From Prevotella sp. UBA7551 (GTDB lineage: Bacteria > Bacteroidota > Bacteroidia > Bacteroidales > Bacteroidaceae): DNA of 64,000 nt. A program made the translations under genes and the position numbers. Location of the stretch: positions 18,872 to 82,871 of the forward strand of contig DLLX01000017.1 in NCBI GenBank assembly GCA_002479145.1. Direction: 5' to 3'. The notes under the pieces were generated by a model. It was not told where the DNA came from and ran no database searches. It saw nothing but the letters and a program-made list of their open reading frames with translations. Below, in pieces: positions 48,487-59,037 of this stretch (positions are counted from its first letter, which is position 1; each line of letters begins with the position of its first letter).

Positions 48487-50541
48487 TTAGATGTGGGCGC
48501 GGATTCCTGCGTAGAACATTGCGCCACTCACCGGGCCATAAACCAGTGTGGGGTCGAAGCTGTCGCCCCACGGATGGTCATATCCCATGATGGGATGTTT
48601 CTGCTTATAGCCAGTCAAATTCTCACCTCCAGCATAGATAGAGAAGTTGCGGAATTCGCGGGTGACCTGTACATTGAGGGTGGGATAAGCCTTGAAGGTG
48701 TCGTTCCATGAGGGCGTTCCGTCTGATTTCGTATAGGACAGGGGCAACCGGCCGCCGCCATTGAGAGCGAAGGTGGCATCAAACTGCCAAAGGCCCAGCC
48801 CCGGTTTGTAGCTCGCCGTAAACAATCCCTTGTATCTGCTCTGCAAGGGTTTGGTGCGAAGCACGCCACCATAGGTTGCCCTCACAAGGTTATAACGATA
48901 GGCTGCAGTAAGGTCAAGGCCCTTGATGGGCGTAAGACTGGCATCAATCTGGAATGTGTGAGAGTAGCTTCGGCCGTTCAAGTCGGAGATGGTGATGGTC
49001 TTCGGATCGCTATCGTAGTCGATGATGGTCTGATTGAGGAAGTGAGTATAATAATACTCGGCGTTTATCTTGAGTGTCTTCTTGGCCACCGGTATCATCA
49101 AAGAAGTGCTGACCCCATAGTTCCAGGCCTTTTCTTGCCCCAACTGGCCAATGACGAGCTTGCGTCCGCTGGCCATGACATAATTGTTCTCGGCCAAGAC
49201 ATGAGGAGAACGGTATCCCTTACCAGCCGAAAGGCGCAGCGTGACGACATCGTTCATCACCCATTTGACATGAGCACGTGGCGTGATGAAGGTGCCATAA
49301 ACATTGCTGTGGTCCACGCGGAGACCCGCCATGGCGATGAAACGCTGGTGAAGGTTGAACGTGTACTGGGCATAAGCGCCTGGCACTGTCTCGCTTTCAA
49401 TCCGCCGTTCGGTTGGAAGGGTGGCATCATGCACCAGTCTGACGTTCTGGTGCAGGTAGTCGTGGTTGAGACTTAGGCCCGTAGAGAGATTATGGTCGTG
49501 TCCAAGATTGGTCTCAAAGATGAGCGAGGCGTAAGCATTCTTCTCATTCACGTCATAGACTTTGAGTCCGTAGCCGGCCTTTTGCTGGTGCATGGACACG
49601 TTTCCCACCAAGGCAATGCTGCTCTCCTGCTCATTCTCGAAGACATAGGCGTGCTTCATGGAAGCCTCATAGCGGTTGGTCTCGATACCGATCTTGTACA
49701 AAGGGGTGTCATGATTAGCCCCAGCGTGGCCGTCCACCTGGCCAGTACTGCGGTTTTCCTTCAGCGCACCGATACTGCCATGGAAAAGGTAATGGCCTGC
49801 ACGGGCAAACCAACGGTTCTGCAAATTGTATTGTCTCACCTGTGGATCATCCTGAATTCCATCCCCATTACCGTCATGATGATTCCAGTTGTTCTCAAAA
49901 TGGGCAAGCAATTCGGTGGCCACATTCTCGTTGCCGTTGATATGAAGGTTGGCCATAGCGTTGGCTTCAAACTTTCCCATGCTGTTGCCATAGACGTTCA
50001 TCTGCACCTTCTGCTCATCCTCGGGCTTCAGATACTGAACGTTGATCTGTCCCGTCATGGCCTCATAACCATTCTTCACCGAGGCGTTGCCCTTCGAGAC
50101 CTGTATGCTGTTCATCCATGAGCCTGGGACATATCCCAAGGCGAATGGTGCAGCTGAGCCCCGAAAGTTGGGCAACATGTCGGTCAACATCTGGACGTAG
50201 GTGCCACCCAGTCCGAGCAACTTTATTTGCTTAGCACCCGTGGCGGCATCAGAATAATTGACATCGACGGAAGGATTGTTGACGAAACTTTCGCCTAAGT
50301 TGCAACAGGCCGCCTTAAACAACTCTGCCTTGAGCATAGTCTGACCATTGACGGCACCGCCCATAGAACGGACCGTCTGCCGTTTGGTCACCGTCACTTC
50401 ATGGATACGCTGATCCGGCAGCACGACATCGGTCGTGTCAATTGGCGCCCCAACTGGGTGATCGGCAGCCATAGATCCATCCTGAGCGTAGGTAAGGGCG
50501 GGCAACAGCAAGGAGACTGTCGCTAAAAGATACTTATTCAT
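48487..50541 (-). CDS. TonB-dependent receptor
   Basis: ELFKAACCNLGESF plug, IQVSKG, GQINV and AGLRVD. Start ATG 50541. Confidence 0.9.
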   Translation of the reverse strand: MNKYLLATVSLLLPALTYAQDGSMAADHPVGAPIDTTDVVLPDQRIHEVTVTKRQTVRSMGGAVNGQTMLKAELFKAACCNLGESFVNNPSVDVNYSDAATGAKQIKLLGLGGTYVQMLTDMLPNFRGSAAPFALGYVPGSWMNSIQVSKGNASVKNGYEAMTGQINVQYLKPEDEQKVQMNVYGNSMGKFEANAMANLHINGNENVATELLAHFENNWNHHDGNGDGIQDDPQVRQYNLQNRWFARAGHYLFHGSIGALKENRSTGQVDGHAGANHDTPLYKIGIETNRYEASMKHAYVFENEQESSIALVGNVSMHQQKAGYGLKVYDVNEKNAYASLIFETNLGHDHNLSTGLSLNHDYLHQNVRLVHDATLPTERRIESETVPGAYAQYTFNLHQRFIAMAGLRVDHSNVYGTFITPRAHVKWVMNDVVTLRLSAGKGYRSPHVLAENNYVMASGRKLVIGQLGQEKAWNYGVSTSLMIPVAKKTLKINAEYYYTHFLNQTIIDYDSDPKTITISDLNGRSYSHTFQIDASLTPIKGLDLTAAYRYNLVRATYGGVLRTKPLQSRYKGLFTASYKPGLGLWQFDATFALNGGGRLPLSYTKSDGTPSWNDTFKAYPTLNVQVTREFRNFSIYAGGENLTGYKQKHPIMGYDHPWGDSFDPTLVYGPVSGAMFYAGIRAHI

Positions 50542-50720
50542 TCTGATCGTCTGACTTATTCTCATTGATAATAAAAATATATTTCGCGCACCTGCACGAA
50601 TATTTGACGCGGCAAAATTAGAAACATCATGCCGCAACCAGGTTGCAAAACGCTGAAAGGGGTAGTTAAAAATTGTTGCGCTTCCGTAGCTCAATCTTCC
50701 AACAAAGACCTATGACAACA

Positions 50721-50757
50721 AAAAATCCTTGCAACTTTTGGAGTTGTAAGGACTTTT
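50721..50757 (-). terminator. Terminator after tRNA-His
   Basis: TCCTTGCAACT / AGTTGTAAGGA stem with flanking A/T runs. Confidence 0.6.
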
Positions 50758-50760
50758 ATG

Positions 50761-50835
50761 GGTGGAAGGTGGGACTCGAACCCACGACATTCAGAACCAC
50801 AATCTGACGCTCTAACCAACTGAACTACGTCCACC
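50761..50835 (-). tRNA. tRNA-His (GUG)
   Basis: Cloverleaf with G-1, anticodon arm TCAGA-TTGTGGT-TCTGA, T arm GTGGG-TTCGAGT-CCCAC and C73; promoter TACCTTTG upstream. Confidence 0.95.
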
Positions 50836-51029
50836 ATATTGCCAAACAAGACTTCTTGTTAAGCGGGTGCAAAGGTAGGAAGATTATTTTGAACACACAA
50901 ATTTTGGCAGTTTATTTTTCAAAAAATCTTTAAGACCCCACACCCTCTTGTCATCCTACTTTAAAGGCTGGGAAGACCTGACGCTCCGAGCCATACTCAC
51001 CGCGAAGGGAGGGAACAAGCATTGTGCAC

Positions 51030-51587
51030 TTATTCTGTGCTCCCGCCATGTCCACTACTATGGTTTGGACTCCCACTGCCGCCGTCCTGGACTTGAGTCG
51101 TGTCCTCAGAAGCAGGTTGATTGGCATTCTCCTCTGGGGCTTCCTCCACTTCAGGCTCGGGTTCTGTGGTGACCTCAGGCTGCTCAACAAAGGTGTCGAC
51201 CTTCATTGGCGGAGTGGTATCCACTACTGGCTCTTCGTAAGGAATAGTGTCAACAGGAATATTATCGGGTTCGTTGGGTTGGGTCTTGGAGGTGTTATAC
51301 ATGGCAAAGCCAATCACGCAAACAACAACCAGCACCACAGCCAGACCAATCCACAGCCAGCGGCGGTTGGGATGGCTGCCTTCATCGACCGTATCAGCTT
51401 GCCAGGGTGCTCTCCTTCCACTGTTCGTGGGCTTAGGAGGGGTGTAGTGCTCGCCCTTAGCTGCATTGGGTAGCGTTATCTGCATCACGCCATGACACTC
51501 GGGGCACTGGCACTCGATAGTCTTTCCCGGCTCTGCATCGATGAGGAACTGCATTCCGCAGTTATCACACGTAATCTGATATTTCAT
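51030..51587 (-). CDS. Zinc-ribbon, single-TM hypothetical protein with acidic Pro-rich C-terminus
   Basis: CDNC...CPEC, TM WLWIGLAVVLVVVCVIGFAMY and an E/P/T-rich tail. Confidence 0.75.
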   Translation of the reverse strand: MKYQITCDNCGMQFLIDAEPGKTIECQCPECHGVMQITLPNAAKGEHYTPPKPTNSGRRAPWQADTVDEGSHPNRRWLWIGLAVVLVVVCVIGFAMYNTSKTQPNEPDNIPVDTIPYEEPVVDTTPPMKVDTFVEQPEVTTEPEPEVEEAPEENANQPASEDTTQVQDGGSGSPNHSSGHGGSTE

Positions 51588-51611
51588 ATTTCTGTATTCT
51601 TTTAATGTGGG

Positions 51612-52865
51612 TCAAATCTGTCCTTGACGCAGCTTCTCCAGCTCAGGCCTGACGGTATTGAGCACTTTCTCCGTTGCCCCTGTGAGATTTTGGACAAAAT
51701 CTGCAGCACAGTGCGCACTCTTCTGCAAGTAGTCTTCATCTTCCGCAAAACGGTTCATCAGCTGTGCGAACCCTGCATCGTCACTCACCTCAAAGCCACC
51801 TTGGGCGGCAATCAGCCCTTGCGCCTCCTGAAAATGCTTGTTGTTGGGTCCGAATATGACGGGCATACCCCATACCGCTGCCTCCAAGACATTGTGGATA
51901 CCCACGCCAAAACCGCCGCCGACATAAGCCACCTGACCATAATGGTAAACAGAGGAGAGCAGACCGAAGCAGTCGATAAGGAGGACATCGGCATCAGCCA
52001 CAGCCACTTGATCCGACTGAGTGTAGCGGACGACTTTCTTTCCTTGCAACAACTGGCGTATCTGAGCGAGGTGTTCCTCCTCGATAACATGAGGAGCAAT
52101 GATTAATTTCCATTCTGGATGAGAGGAGAAATAGCGCAAGAACAATTCCTCATCGGGCAACCAAGAAGATCCTGCTACGAACACACGATGGGAAGTTCCA
52201 ACAAACTGCTCGATCAAAGGCAAACGCTTCCGCTCCTGTTTCACCTGCAGAACACGGTCGAAACGGGTGTCGCCCACCACATCAACCTGCTTTATACCGA
52301 TAGAGGAGAGCAAGCGACGGCTTTCCTCATTCTGAACAAAGAAGCGCGTGAAGCAACGCAATACGCGTCCATATTGCCGGCCATAGGGACGAAAGAAGAT
52401 CTGTCCAGGCCGGAAAATGCTGCTCACACTATACACTGGCACTTCCCTGTGGCGCAAGATGTGAAGATAATTGTACCAGAATTCATACTTGACGAAAAAC
52501 GCCATCACTGGTCGCACCAGACGGAGGAAACGCCTGGCGTTGGATATAGTATCTATAGGAAGATAGGTGATGATGTCCGCTCCCTGGTAATTTTTCCTCA
52601 CCTCATAGCCAGAAGGAGAAAAGAAGGTGAGCAGAATCTTGTACTCTGGGTAGTCGCGGCGTATGGCTTCCATCAATGGACGACCTTGTTCAAACTCTCC
52701 AAGCGATGCGGCATGAAACCAGATATAATGTGCTGAAGCCTCGACATGCTCCCTGAGCACGTCGAAAGACGCCTGTTCGCCACGCCACATTTTCCGCACT
52801 TTAGAATCAAAGAAGGCGGCAATGCGGACACCTATCTGCATGACGCACATGATGATGTTGTACAT
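51612..52865 (-). CDS. waaA: 3-deoxy-D-manno-octulosonic acid (Kdo) transferase
   Basis: IWFHAASLGEFEQ, GDTRFD, AGSSW, IIAPH and HNVLEAA. Confidence 0.94.
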   Translation of the reverse strand: MYNIIMCVMQIGVRIAAFFDSKVRKMWRGEQASFDVLREHVEASAHYIWFHAASLGEFEQGRPLMEAIRRDYPEYKILLTFFSPSGYEVRKNYQGADIITYLPIDTISNARRFLRLVRPVMAFFVKYEFWYNYLHILRHREVPVYSVSSIFRPGQIFFRPYGRQYGRVLRCFTRFFVQNEESRRLLSSIGIKQVDVVGDTRFDRVLQVKQERKRLPLIEQFVGTSHRVFVAGSSWLPDEELFLRYFSSHPEWKLIIAPHVIEEEHLAQIRQLLQGKKVVRYTQSDQVAVADADVLLIDCFGLLSSVYHYGQVAYVGGGFGVGIHNVLEAAVWGMPVIFGPNNKHFQEAQGLIAAQGGFEVSDDAGFAQLMNRFAEDEDYLQKSAHCAADFVQNLTGATEKVLNTVRPELEKLRQGQI

Positions 52866-52930
52866 AGCCTCTATAAGATTGGTGATTTGGAATTGGAAGA
52901 GTCACGGAATGGCCGCGTACCCACAGACAA

Positions 52931-54475
52931 CTACCCTAACTCTTCGATGGCACGATGAAGGCGGCGAAGCGTCTCCTCCTTACCAAGGAAAGCCGATATG
53001 TCGAACATACCAGGGCCTTTGCCGATACCGACCAGTGCCAAACGGAATGCGTTCATCACATCACCGAGCTTGTAACCTTTCTCCTCAACCCACTTCATCA
53101 CCACTGGTTCCTGACCCTCGACCGAGAAATCGTCGATGGTCTGGAGCAGTTGCGCCAGTTCGGTCATCTGTTGTGCGGAGTAATCTTTCCAGCGTTTCTT
53201 CACCGTCTTTGCATCATACTCCGTCGGAGGGATAAAGAAAAAGGCGCAAAGCGGCCACAGCTCATGGACGAAATCGACGCGGTCTTTCATCATGTGAACC
53301 ACCTGACGCACGCGATCCATCGTCGTATCCACACCGTTGTTAGCCACAATGGGGGCAAAGAGACGAGCTATCTCATCATCATCTTTCCTCAACATATACT
53401 CGTGGTTAAACCAAATGGCTTTCTTGTAGTCGAACTTCGCACCCGCCTTAGAACATTTGGTGATGTCAAACGCCTTCACCAGCTCGTCAAGCGAGAAGAT
53501 TTCCTGCTCCGTTCCGGGATTCCAGCCGAGCAATGCGAGGAAGTTGACCACAGCCTCTGGGAAATAACCGCTTTCGCGAAAGCCCTTACTGACCTCTCCG
53601 GTCTTAGGATCTGTCCACTCCAAGGGGAATACTGGGAAGCCCAGACGGTCACCATCGCGCTTCGACAGCTTGCCTTTACCCTCGGGTTTGAGCAATAATG
53701 GCAGGTGGGCGAAGCGGGGCATACTGTCCTCCCAGCCAAAAGCTTTGTACAAAAGCACATGGAGCGGCGCACTCGGAAGCCACTCCTCACCGCGTATCAC
53801 ATGAGTAATGCCCATCAAATGGTCATCGACAATGTTTGCCAAATGGTAAGTAGGCAATTCATCATGACTCTTGTAGATTACCTTGTCATCGAGAATGTCG
53901 CTTTTGACGTGTACATCTCCACGAATCATGTCGTGGACAACGACCTCCTGTCCGGGCTCCACAAGGAAGCGAACCACATATTGCTCACCGTCATCGATGA
54001 GCTGCTTGACCTCTGAAGCAGACCGGGTGAGCGAGTTGCGCATCGTCAATCGCGTGTGTGCATCATACTGGAAGTTTTTCACTTCAGCTCGTTTCTGCTC
54101 CAGTTCCTCTGGTGTATCAAAGGCGTAATAAGCCTTTCCTGCGTCGAGAAGACGCTGGACGTACTCCTTATATATATCCCTGCGCTCACTCTGACGGTAG
54201 GGTCCGTGGTCTCCACCAAAGCTGACGCCTTCGTCGAAGTGGATTCCCAGCCAACGAAACGATTCCAAAATGTATTCTTCCGCTCCAGGAACAAAACGGC
54301 TCGAGTCCGTATCCTCTATGCGAAAGACCAACGTTCCCTGGTGCTGGCGGGCAAACAAATAGTTGAACAAAGCCGTACGGACACCGCCAATGTGCAACGC
54401 TCCCGTAGGGCTGGGGGCAAACCGGACTCTCACGCCCGCAGACGTAGCCCCATCTGTTTTTTTCTCTTCCATCAT
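52931..54475 (-). CDS. gltX: Glutamate--tRNA ligase
   Basis: [20 protein letters not shown] and KLSKR. Confidence 0.96.
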   Translation of the reverse strand: MMEEKKTDGATSAGVRVRFAPSPTGALHIGGVRTALFNYLFARQHQGTLVFRIEDTDSSRFVPGAEEYILESFRWLGIHFDEGVSFGGDHGPYRQSERRDIYKEYVQRLLDAGKAYYAFDTPEELEQKRAEVKNFQYDAHTRLTMRNSLTRSASEVKQLIDDGEQYVVRFLVEPGQEVVVHDMIRGDVHVKSDILDDKVIYKSHDELPTYHLANIVDDHLMGITHVIRGEEWLPSAPLHVLLYKAFGWEDSMPRFAHLPLLLKPEGKGKLSKRDGDRLGFPVFPLEWTDPKTGEVSKGFRESGYFPEAVVNFLALLGWNPGTEQEIFSLDELVKAFDITKCSKAGAKFDYKKAIWFNHEYMLRKDDDEIARLFAPIVANNGVDTTMDRVRQVVHMMKDRVDFVHELWPLCAFFFIPPTEYDAKTVKKRWKDYSAQQMTELAQLLQTIDDFSVEGQEPVVMKWVEEKGYKLGDVMNAFRLALVGIGKGPGMFDISAFLGKEETLRRLHRAIEELG

Positions 54476-54621
54476 AAATTAATCCGCATGGATAGCCTAA
54501 TTTTCGGCAAAAGTAACGCTTTTTTTCGATTATACCATATTTTTTTCGTAATTTCGCCGAGTAAAGGCGTTTCCGCCCAGCAAGTAAGGGCTATAACCAA
54601 TCAAAACAAACATTACGCATC

Positions 54622-56763
54622 ATGAAGCAATTCAGCCATTACGGCGACAGAGACTGGACTCCCCTGCTTATGCGCATGGCACTGGTACTGGCTACTGTGA
54701 CCATCATCGTGTTGTTTTTACCACGCGACAGCAACAAGCTTCTGCACTATAGCGAGGGCCAGCCGTGGACTGACGGGGTGTTGATAGCTCCTACCGACTT
54801 CCCGGTTTTCAAGTCCGAGGCGGCTTTGAAGTTTGAGCGCGACTCCGTACGGGAACGGTTTCAGCCCTACTTCAACTGGGATGACCATGTGGAAGAACAG
54901 TCTCTGGAAGATTTTCATGAAAGATTCAAGGCCGGCATTCCTGGTCTGACAGGCAATTATGTCCATATCATCGCCCAGAGACTGCGCCAAATCTACCAGC
55001 GTGGAGTGCTCGACCCCACCCAACTCTCGCAGTTCAGCGACGGCGACTCTACAACTTTCATCCGTGTGGTGACGGGGAAAGAGGCCATTACCCTGCCTAC
55101 CGACAGCGTATTAACCACATTGGGCGCATACCAATACCTGTTTCTCGATGAACGGCTGATGCCCGTCAGGGCAAAACTTCAGGCCTGCAACCTCAACGAC
55201 TTCATCTCGCCCAATCTCCGATATGACCGCAAGCGCAGCGAGATGGAGCTGAACGACAACCTCAGTCTCATCACCCAGGCCAGTGGTATGGTGCTGAAGG
55301 GGCAGCGCATTATCACCCAAGGCGACATCGTAACGCCGAGAATGATGCTTGTCCTCAGCTCTTACGAGCGCGCCATGGCCAAGCAAAGCGCGTCAAAAGA
55401 CGAGCTACGCTCTACTATTGCGGGACAAACCATCTACACACTGCTGCTGGTATCGCTCTTCACTCTATATCTGACACTCTTCAGAAAGGATTATTTCAAG
55501 AAGCCGCGCTCCATAGCCATGCTCTATGCGATGCTTGTCTTCTTTCCCTTGCTTACGTCTTTCATGATGAAGCATCCTTTCTTCAGCATCTACATCATCC
55601 CCTTTGCCATCTCACCCATCTTCGGACGCGTGTTCATGGACTCCCGCACGGCCTTTATCCAGCACGTCACCACCATCCTCATCTGCGCCGTGGCGGTGAA
55701 ATACCAGTATGAGTTCATCGTCGTGCAGCTCGTGGCAGGACTCGTAGCCATCTATTCTCTCCGAGAGTTGTCACGTCGAAGTCAGATATACCTCACCGCA
55801 TTGCTCGTCACAGCAGCTTCTGCACTGGCCTACTTCACTCTCCAGCTGATTCAGACGGACGACCTATCAAAACTCGACCGGGCTATCTACTATCACTTTA
55901 CCGTCAACGGCTTCTTCCTTCTCTTCGCCTATCCGCTGATGTTGGTCATCGAGAAGACATTCGGATTCACCTCCACGGTGACGCTCTTCGAGCTTTCCAA
56001 CACCAACAACCCTCTGCTCCGGGAACTCAGTGAGAAAGCCCCCGGCACTTTTCAGCACTCCATCACGGTGGGCAACTTGGGCGCAGAGATAGCCAACAAG
56101 ATTGGGGCAAAGGCGCAACTCGTGAGAACAGGCGCACTCTACCACGACATCGGGAAGATGAAGAACGCCGTCTACTTCACAGAAAATCAGGCGGGATTCA
56201 ACCCACACGACAAATTAACAGAGACTGAAAGTGCGGCCATCATCATCGGACACGTTGCCGAAGGACTGCGAATGGCCGAAGAACATCACCTGCCACAGGT
56301 CATCCGCGACTTCATTGCCACCCATCATGGCACGGGACTGACGCGATACTTCTACGTCAAATATAAGAATGAGCACCCCGACGAGGATGTTGACGAAAGC
56401 CTTTTCCGCTACGCTGGTCCCAATCCATTCACTCGTGAGCAGGCCATCCTGATGATTTGCGACACAGTAGAGGCCGCATCGCGCTCGATGAAGGAATACT
56501 CACCAGAGAGCATAGGCACTCTGGTGCAAAAAGTCATAGAAGAACAAGTGCGCGAAGGCTTCTTCAACGACTGTCCCATCACCTTCCGTGACCTGCAAAC
56601 AGCCAAGAACGTACTTATCGGACGTTTGAAAGCCATCTACCACACGCGCATATCCTACCCTGAGCTCAACGAAGAGGCACGGAAAAATGTAGAGGAAAAG
56701 AAAGAGGAGGAGGAAAAGAAGCAGGCAGAGTTGATTGAACAAAGGACCGAGGGTACGGAGTAA
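54622..56763 (+). CDS. 7TM-HD phosphohydrolase (PgpH-like, putative cyclic-di-AMP phosphodiesterase)
   Basis: N-terminal TM, extracellular domain, 7 TMs, APGTFQHS, YHDIGK, HHGT and DTVEAASRS. Confidence 0.88.
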   Translation: MKQFSHYGDRDWTPLLMRMALVLATVTIIVLFLPRDSNKLLHYSEGQPWTDGVLIAPTDFPVFKSEAALKFERDSVRERFQPYFNWDDHVEEQSLEDFHERFKAGIPGLTGNYVHIIAQRLRQIYQRGVLDPTQLSQFSDGDSTTFIRVVTGKEAITLPTDSVLTTLGAYQYLFLDERLMPVRAKLQACNLNDFISPNLRYDRKRSEMELNDNLSLITQASGMVLKGQRIITQGDIVTPRMMLVLSSYERAMAKQSASKDELRSTIAGQTIYTLLLVSLFTLYLTLFRKDYFKKPRSIAMLYAMLVFFPLLTSFMMKHPFFSIYIIPFAISPIFGRVFMDSRTAFIQHVTTILICAVAVKYQYEFIVVQLVAGLVAIYSLRELSRRSQIYLTALLVTAASALAYFTLQLIQTDDLSKLDRAIYYHFTVNGFFLLFAYPLMLVIEKTFGFTSTVTLFELSNTNNPLLRELSEKAPGTFQHSITVGNLGAEIANKIGAKAQLVRTGALYHDIGKMKNAVYFTENQAGFNPHDKLTETESAAIIIGHVAEGLRMAEEHHLPQVIRDFIATHHGTGLTRYFYVKYKNEHPDEDVDESLFRYAGPNPFTREQAILMICDTVEAASRSMKEYSPESIGTLVQKVIEEQVREGFFNDCPITFRDLQTAKNVLIGRLKAIYHTRISYPELNEEARKNVEEKKEEEEKKQAELIEQRTEGTE

Positions 56764-56922
56764 ACCAAGCATGGCGTGCCCCATTCCCATGCCTCTGAAT
56801 GACCATTCGTCCGCCAGATTTTTCCGTCTTCGGCCAGCAGATAGGCACAAGGTGCTGCTAATTCAGCAATTCAAGTTGTGATACGGCTGCTTTACACGCT
56901 CGCCGTCGGCACGACTTAACAC

Positions 56923-56981
56923 AAGAAGAGGATGAAACTTGTCTGTCCGCCACATAGGTCGACAAGTTTCATCCTCTTCTT
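56923..56981. terminator. Bidirectional terminator
   Basis: Perfect 21-bp stem AAGAAGAGGATGAAACTTGTC / GACAAGTTTCATCCTCTTCTT between convergent genes. Confidence 0.8.
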
Positions 56982-57000
56982 ATTTATTTACGAGCTATAA

Positions 57001-58167
57001 TTAAAGGCTTCTGCGATACACTTCTATCACCTCCTCACGGGTCAATGTATGGTAACCTCCCGTGTTGCGCGGACATACGTCGGCATACTTTTCGATGTCT
57101 TCTTCCTTTGCACCGACCTCCGTAATGGTCATGGCCATACCAAGCTCACGCATCCAAGCCTCCATTTTTTCGAGTCCTTCGATGGCCACAGCCTTGTCGT
57201 CCTTGCCTTCAGCACTGACGTCCCATACCGTCTTGGCATAACGCTTGAAGCGTGATACGGCCTCATCGCTCTTCTCCATCAGCAGCCGATAATAGGCGTC
57301 AGTGACCGCAGAGAGCGTGTGACCGTGTATGGCATCGGTGAAAGCGGCTACCGATTGACCCAGCATGTGTACTTCCCAGTCGGTGGCTTTGCCACACTCC
57401 GTCAGCCCGTTCAGCGCCCATGTAGCCGTCCACATGATGTTGCTGCGCGCCTCATAATCCTTGGGATTCACCAGCGCCTTGCGCGAACTGACGACCAGCG
57501 AGCGCATCAATCCCTCGGCTATGTAGTCGCTCGTGTTGTCGTCACTGCCCGAAAGGTACTGCTCCAGAATATGGCACATGATGTCATAAATGCCCGCCAC
57601 CATGTGATACTTCGGCACTGTATAGGTAAATTCGGGGTTAAGAATAGCGAAATCCGGGTTGCGGAAGTGGTTAAAGAGCTTCAAATCCTCCTTGTGCGAG
57701 GAAATGACCGCGCCACTGTTCATCTCAGAACCTGTACCCGTCATGGTGAGTACTACACCCACTGGTGTCCACTTGCTGTCGAGTTTTCCGAAATTTTTGA
57801 AGTAATAATCCCACGGATCTCGTTGCTGATAGGCAGACGCCGACACGGCTTTTGCGTAGTCGGCCGTAGAGCCTCCGCCGACGGCGAGGATAAGATCCAC
57901 CTTTTCCTCGCGCACCTTGCGTGCTCCCTCCAGTACTTTCTCGATATCAGGATTGGGCTTTACACCTCCATCGTCGATAACAACCTTACCAGCTTCGTTC
58001 AACACCTTGATGACCTGATCATATATGCCAAACCGCTTTATGGAGCCTCCACCATAGGAAAGCATGACCTTAGGGCCATAATTCTTCAGCTCCTGGCCGA
58101 GCAAACCCAGCGCACCCTTACCAAAATGTATCTTGGTAGCGTTGTGATAAGTGAAATTACCTAACAT
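57001..58167 (-). CDS. Iron-containing alcohol (butanol) dehydrogenase
   Basis: YGGGSIK, PNP, AVGGGS, GTGSE, HILEQY, HMLG and HG. Confidence 0.92.
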   Translation of the reverse strand: MLGNFTYHNATKIHFGKGALGLLGQELKNYGPKVMLSYGGGSIKRFGIYDQVIKVLNEAGKVVIDDGGVKPNPDIEKVLEGARKVREEKVDLILAVGGGSTADYAKAVSASAYQQRDPWDYYFKNFGKLDSKWTPVGVVLTMTGTGSEMNSGAVISSHKEDLKLFNHFRNPDFAILNPEFTYTVPKYHMVAGIYDIMCHILEQYLSGSDDNTSDYIAEGLMRSLVVSSRKALVNPKDYEARSNIMWTATWALNGLTECGKATDWEVHMLGQSVAAFTDAIHGHTLSAVTDAYYRLLMEKSDEAVSRFKRYAKTVWDVSAEGKDDKAVAIEGLEKMEAWMRELGMAMTITEVGAKEEDIEKYADVCPRNTGGYHTLTREEVIEVYRRSL

Positions 58168-58269
58168 TTTTCTTTAACTTTAATGATTGATTACACCTGC
58201 AAAAGTAAACTGTTCATCCTGCCTCCATGTGCCATTTTTACAGGAGGCCTTACCAATTTGTTGAGCGTA

Positions 58270-58983
58270 TCATTGCCTAAGAGCAGAAAGAAAGTCGCGA
58301 ATGCTGGGGAACAACAAGTTGCATCTCTCCCTCAACAAGTCCTCATCGGGCAGCGGGCCGGAGTTGATGGCTACAGTAAAACAGCCTGCCGCCACACCGG
58401 AACGCACGCCAAGCGGTGCATTCTCCACCACAATGCCTTCCCACGGATGCAGGTTACCCGCCTTTTTCAGTCCTGCCAAGTAGGGGTCAGGTGCTGGCTT
58501 GCCATGCTTCACGTCGTAGGCAGTGGTGATATGGGCTTCTTCAAGGAAGTCACCAAAGTCGTGGAGCAGTCTTTGGATAAGAGGACGCTGCCCGCTTCCT
58601 GTCACTACGTTGATGGTAAGGCCGTGTTGGACGAACCATTGCATCAAGTCGCGCACGCCATCGAAGACATGAGTCTCCGGCAACTCGTGGAAATAGTGTG
58701 TCTTTACATCGTACATCCGTTGTGCTTCAGCCTCATCGATGTCGCGTCCGAGCTGCTCCTTCATATAGCGGCGGATGGTATCCACGCCACGCGCACCCTC
58801 GGTGGCGTAGGTGTCTGCATCGGTAAAGTGGAGGCCAAAGCCGCCCATGACGTGCTTCCACGCCTTCGCATGAGTGGGCATGCTGTCATAGAGCACACCA
58901 TCCATATCAAACAGCACCGCCTTTGGGGCAAATTGCTCATAGCCATGCTGCGCCAAATATTGTTTGATTTCTTTGTCGAACAT
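58270..58983 (-). CDS. HAD hydrolase, beta-phosphoglucomutase-like
   Basis: LFDMDGVLYDS, VTGS, GKPAPD and VENAPLG. Confidence 0.88.
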   Translation of the reverse strand: MFDKEIKQYLAQHGYEQFAPKAVLFDMDGVLYDSMPTHAKAWKHVMGGFGLHFTDADTYATEGARGVDTIRRYMKEQLGRDIDEAEAQRMYDVKTHYFHELPETHVFDGVRDLMQWFVQHGLTINVVTGSGQRPLIQRLLHDFGDFLEEAHITTAYDVKHGKPAPDPYLAGLKKAGNLHPWEGIVVENAPLGVRSGVAAGCFTVAINSGPLPDEDLLRERCNLLFPSIRDFLSALRQ

Positions 58984-59037
58984 AATCGATTACTAATTAA
59001 AAATCCCGCAACACGACTTGGTGTTGCGGGCAAGAAG

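Noticed and set aside
50761..50835. tRNA as the integration site of a mobile element
   Set aside because: No integrase and no duplicated tRNA 3' end seen in the window.
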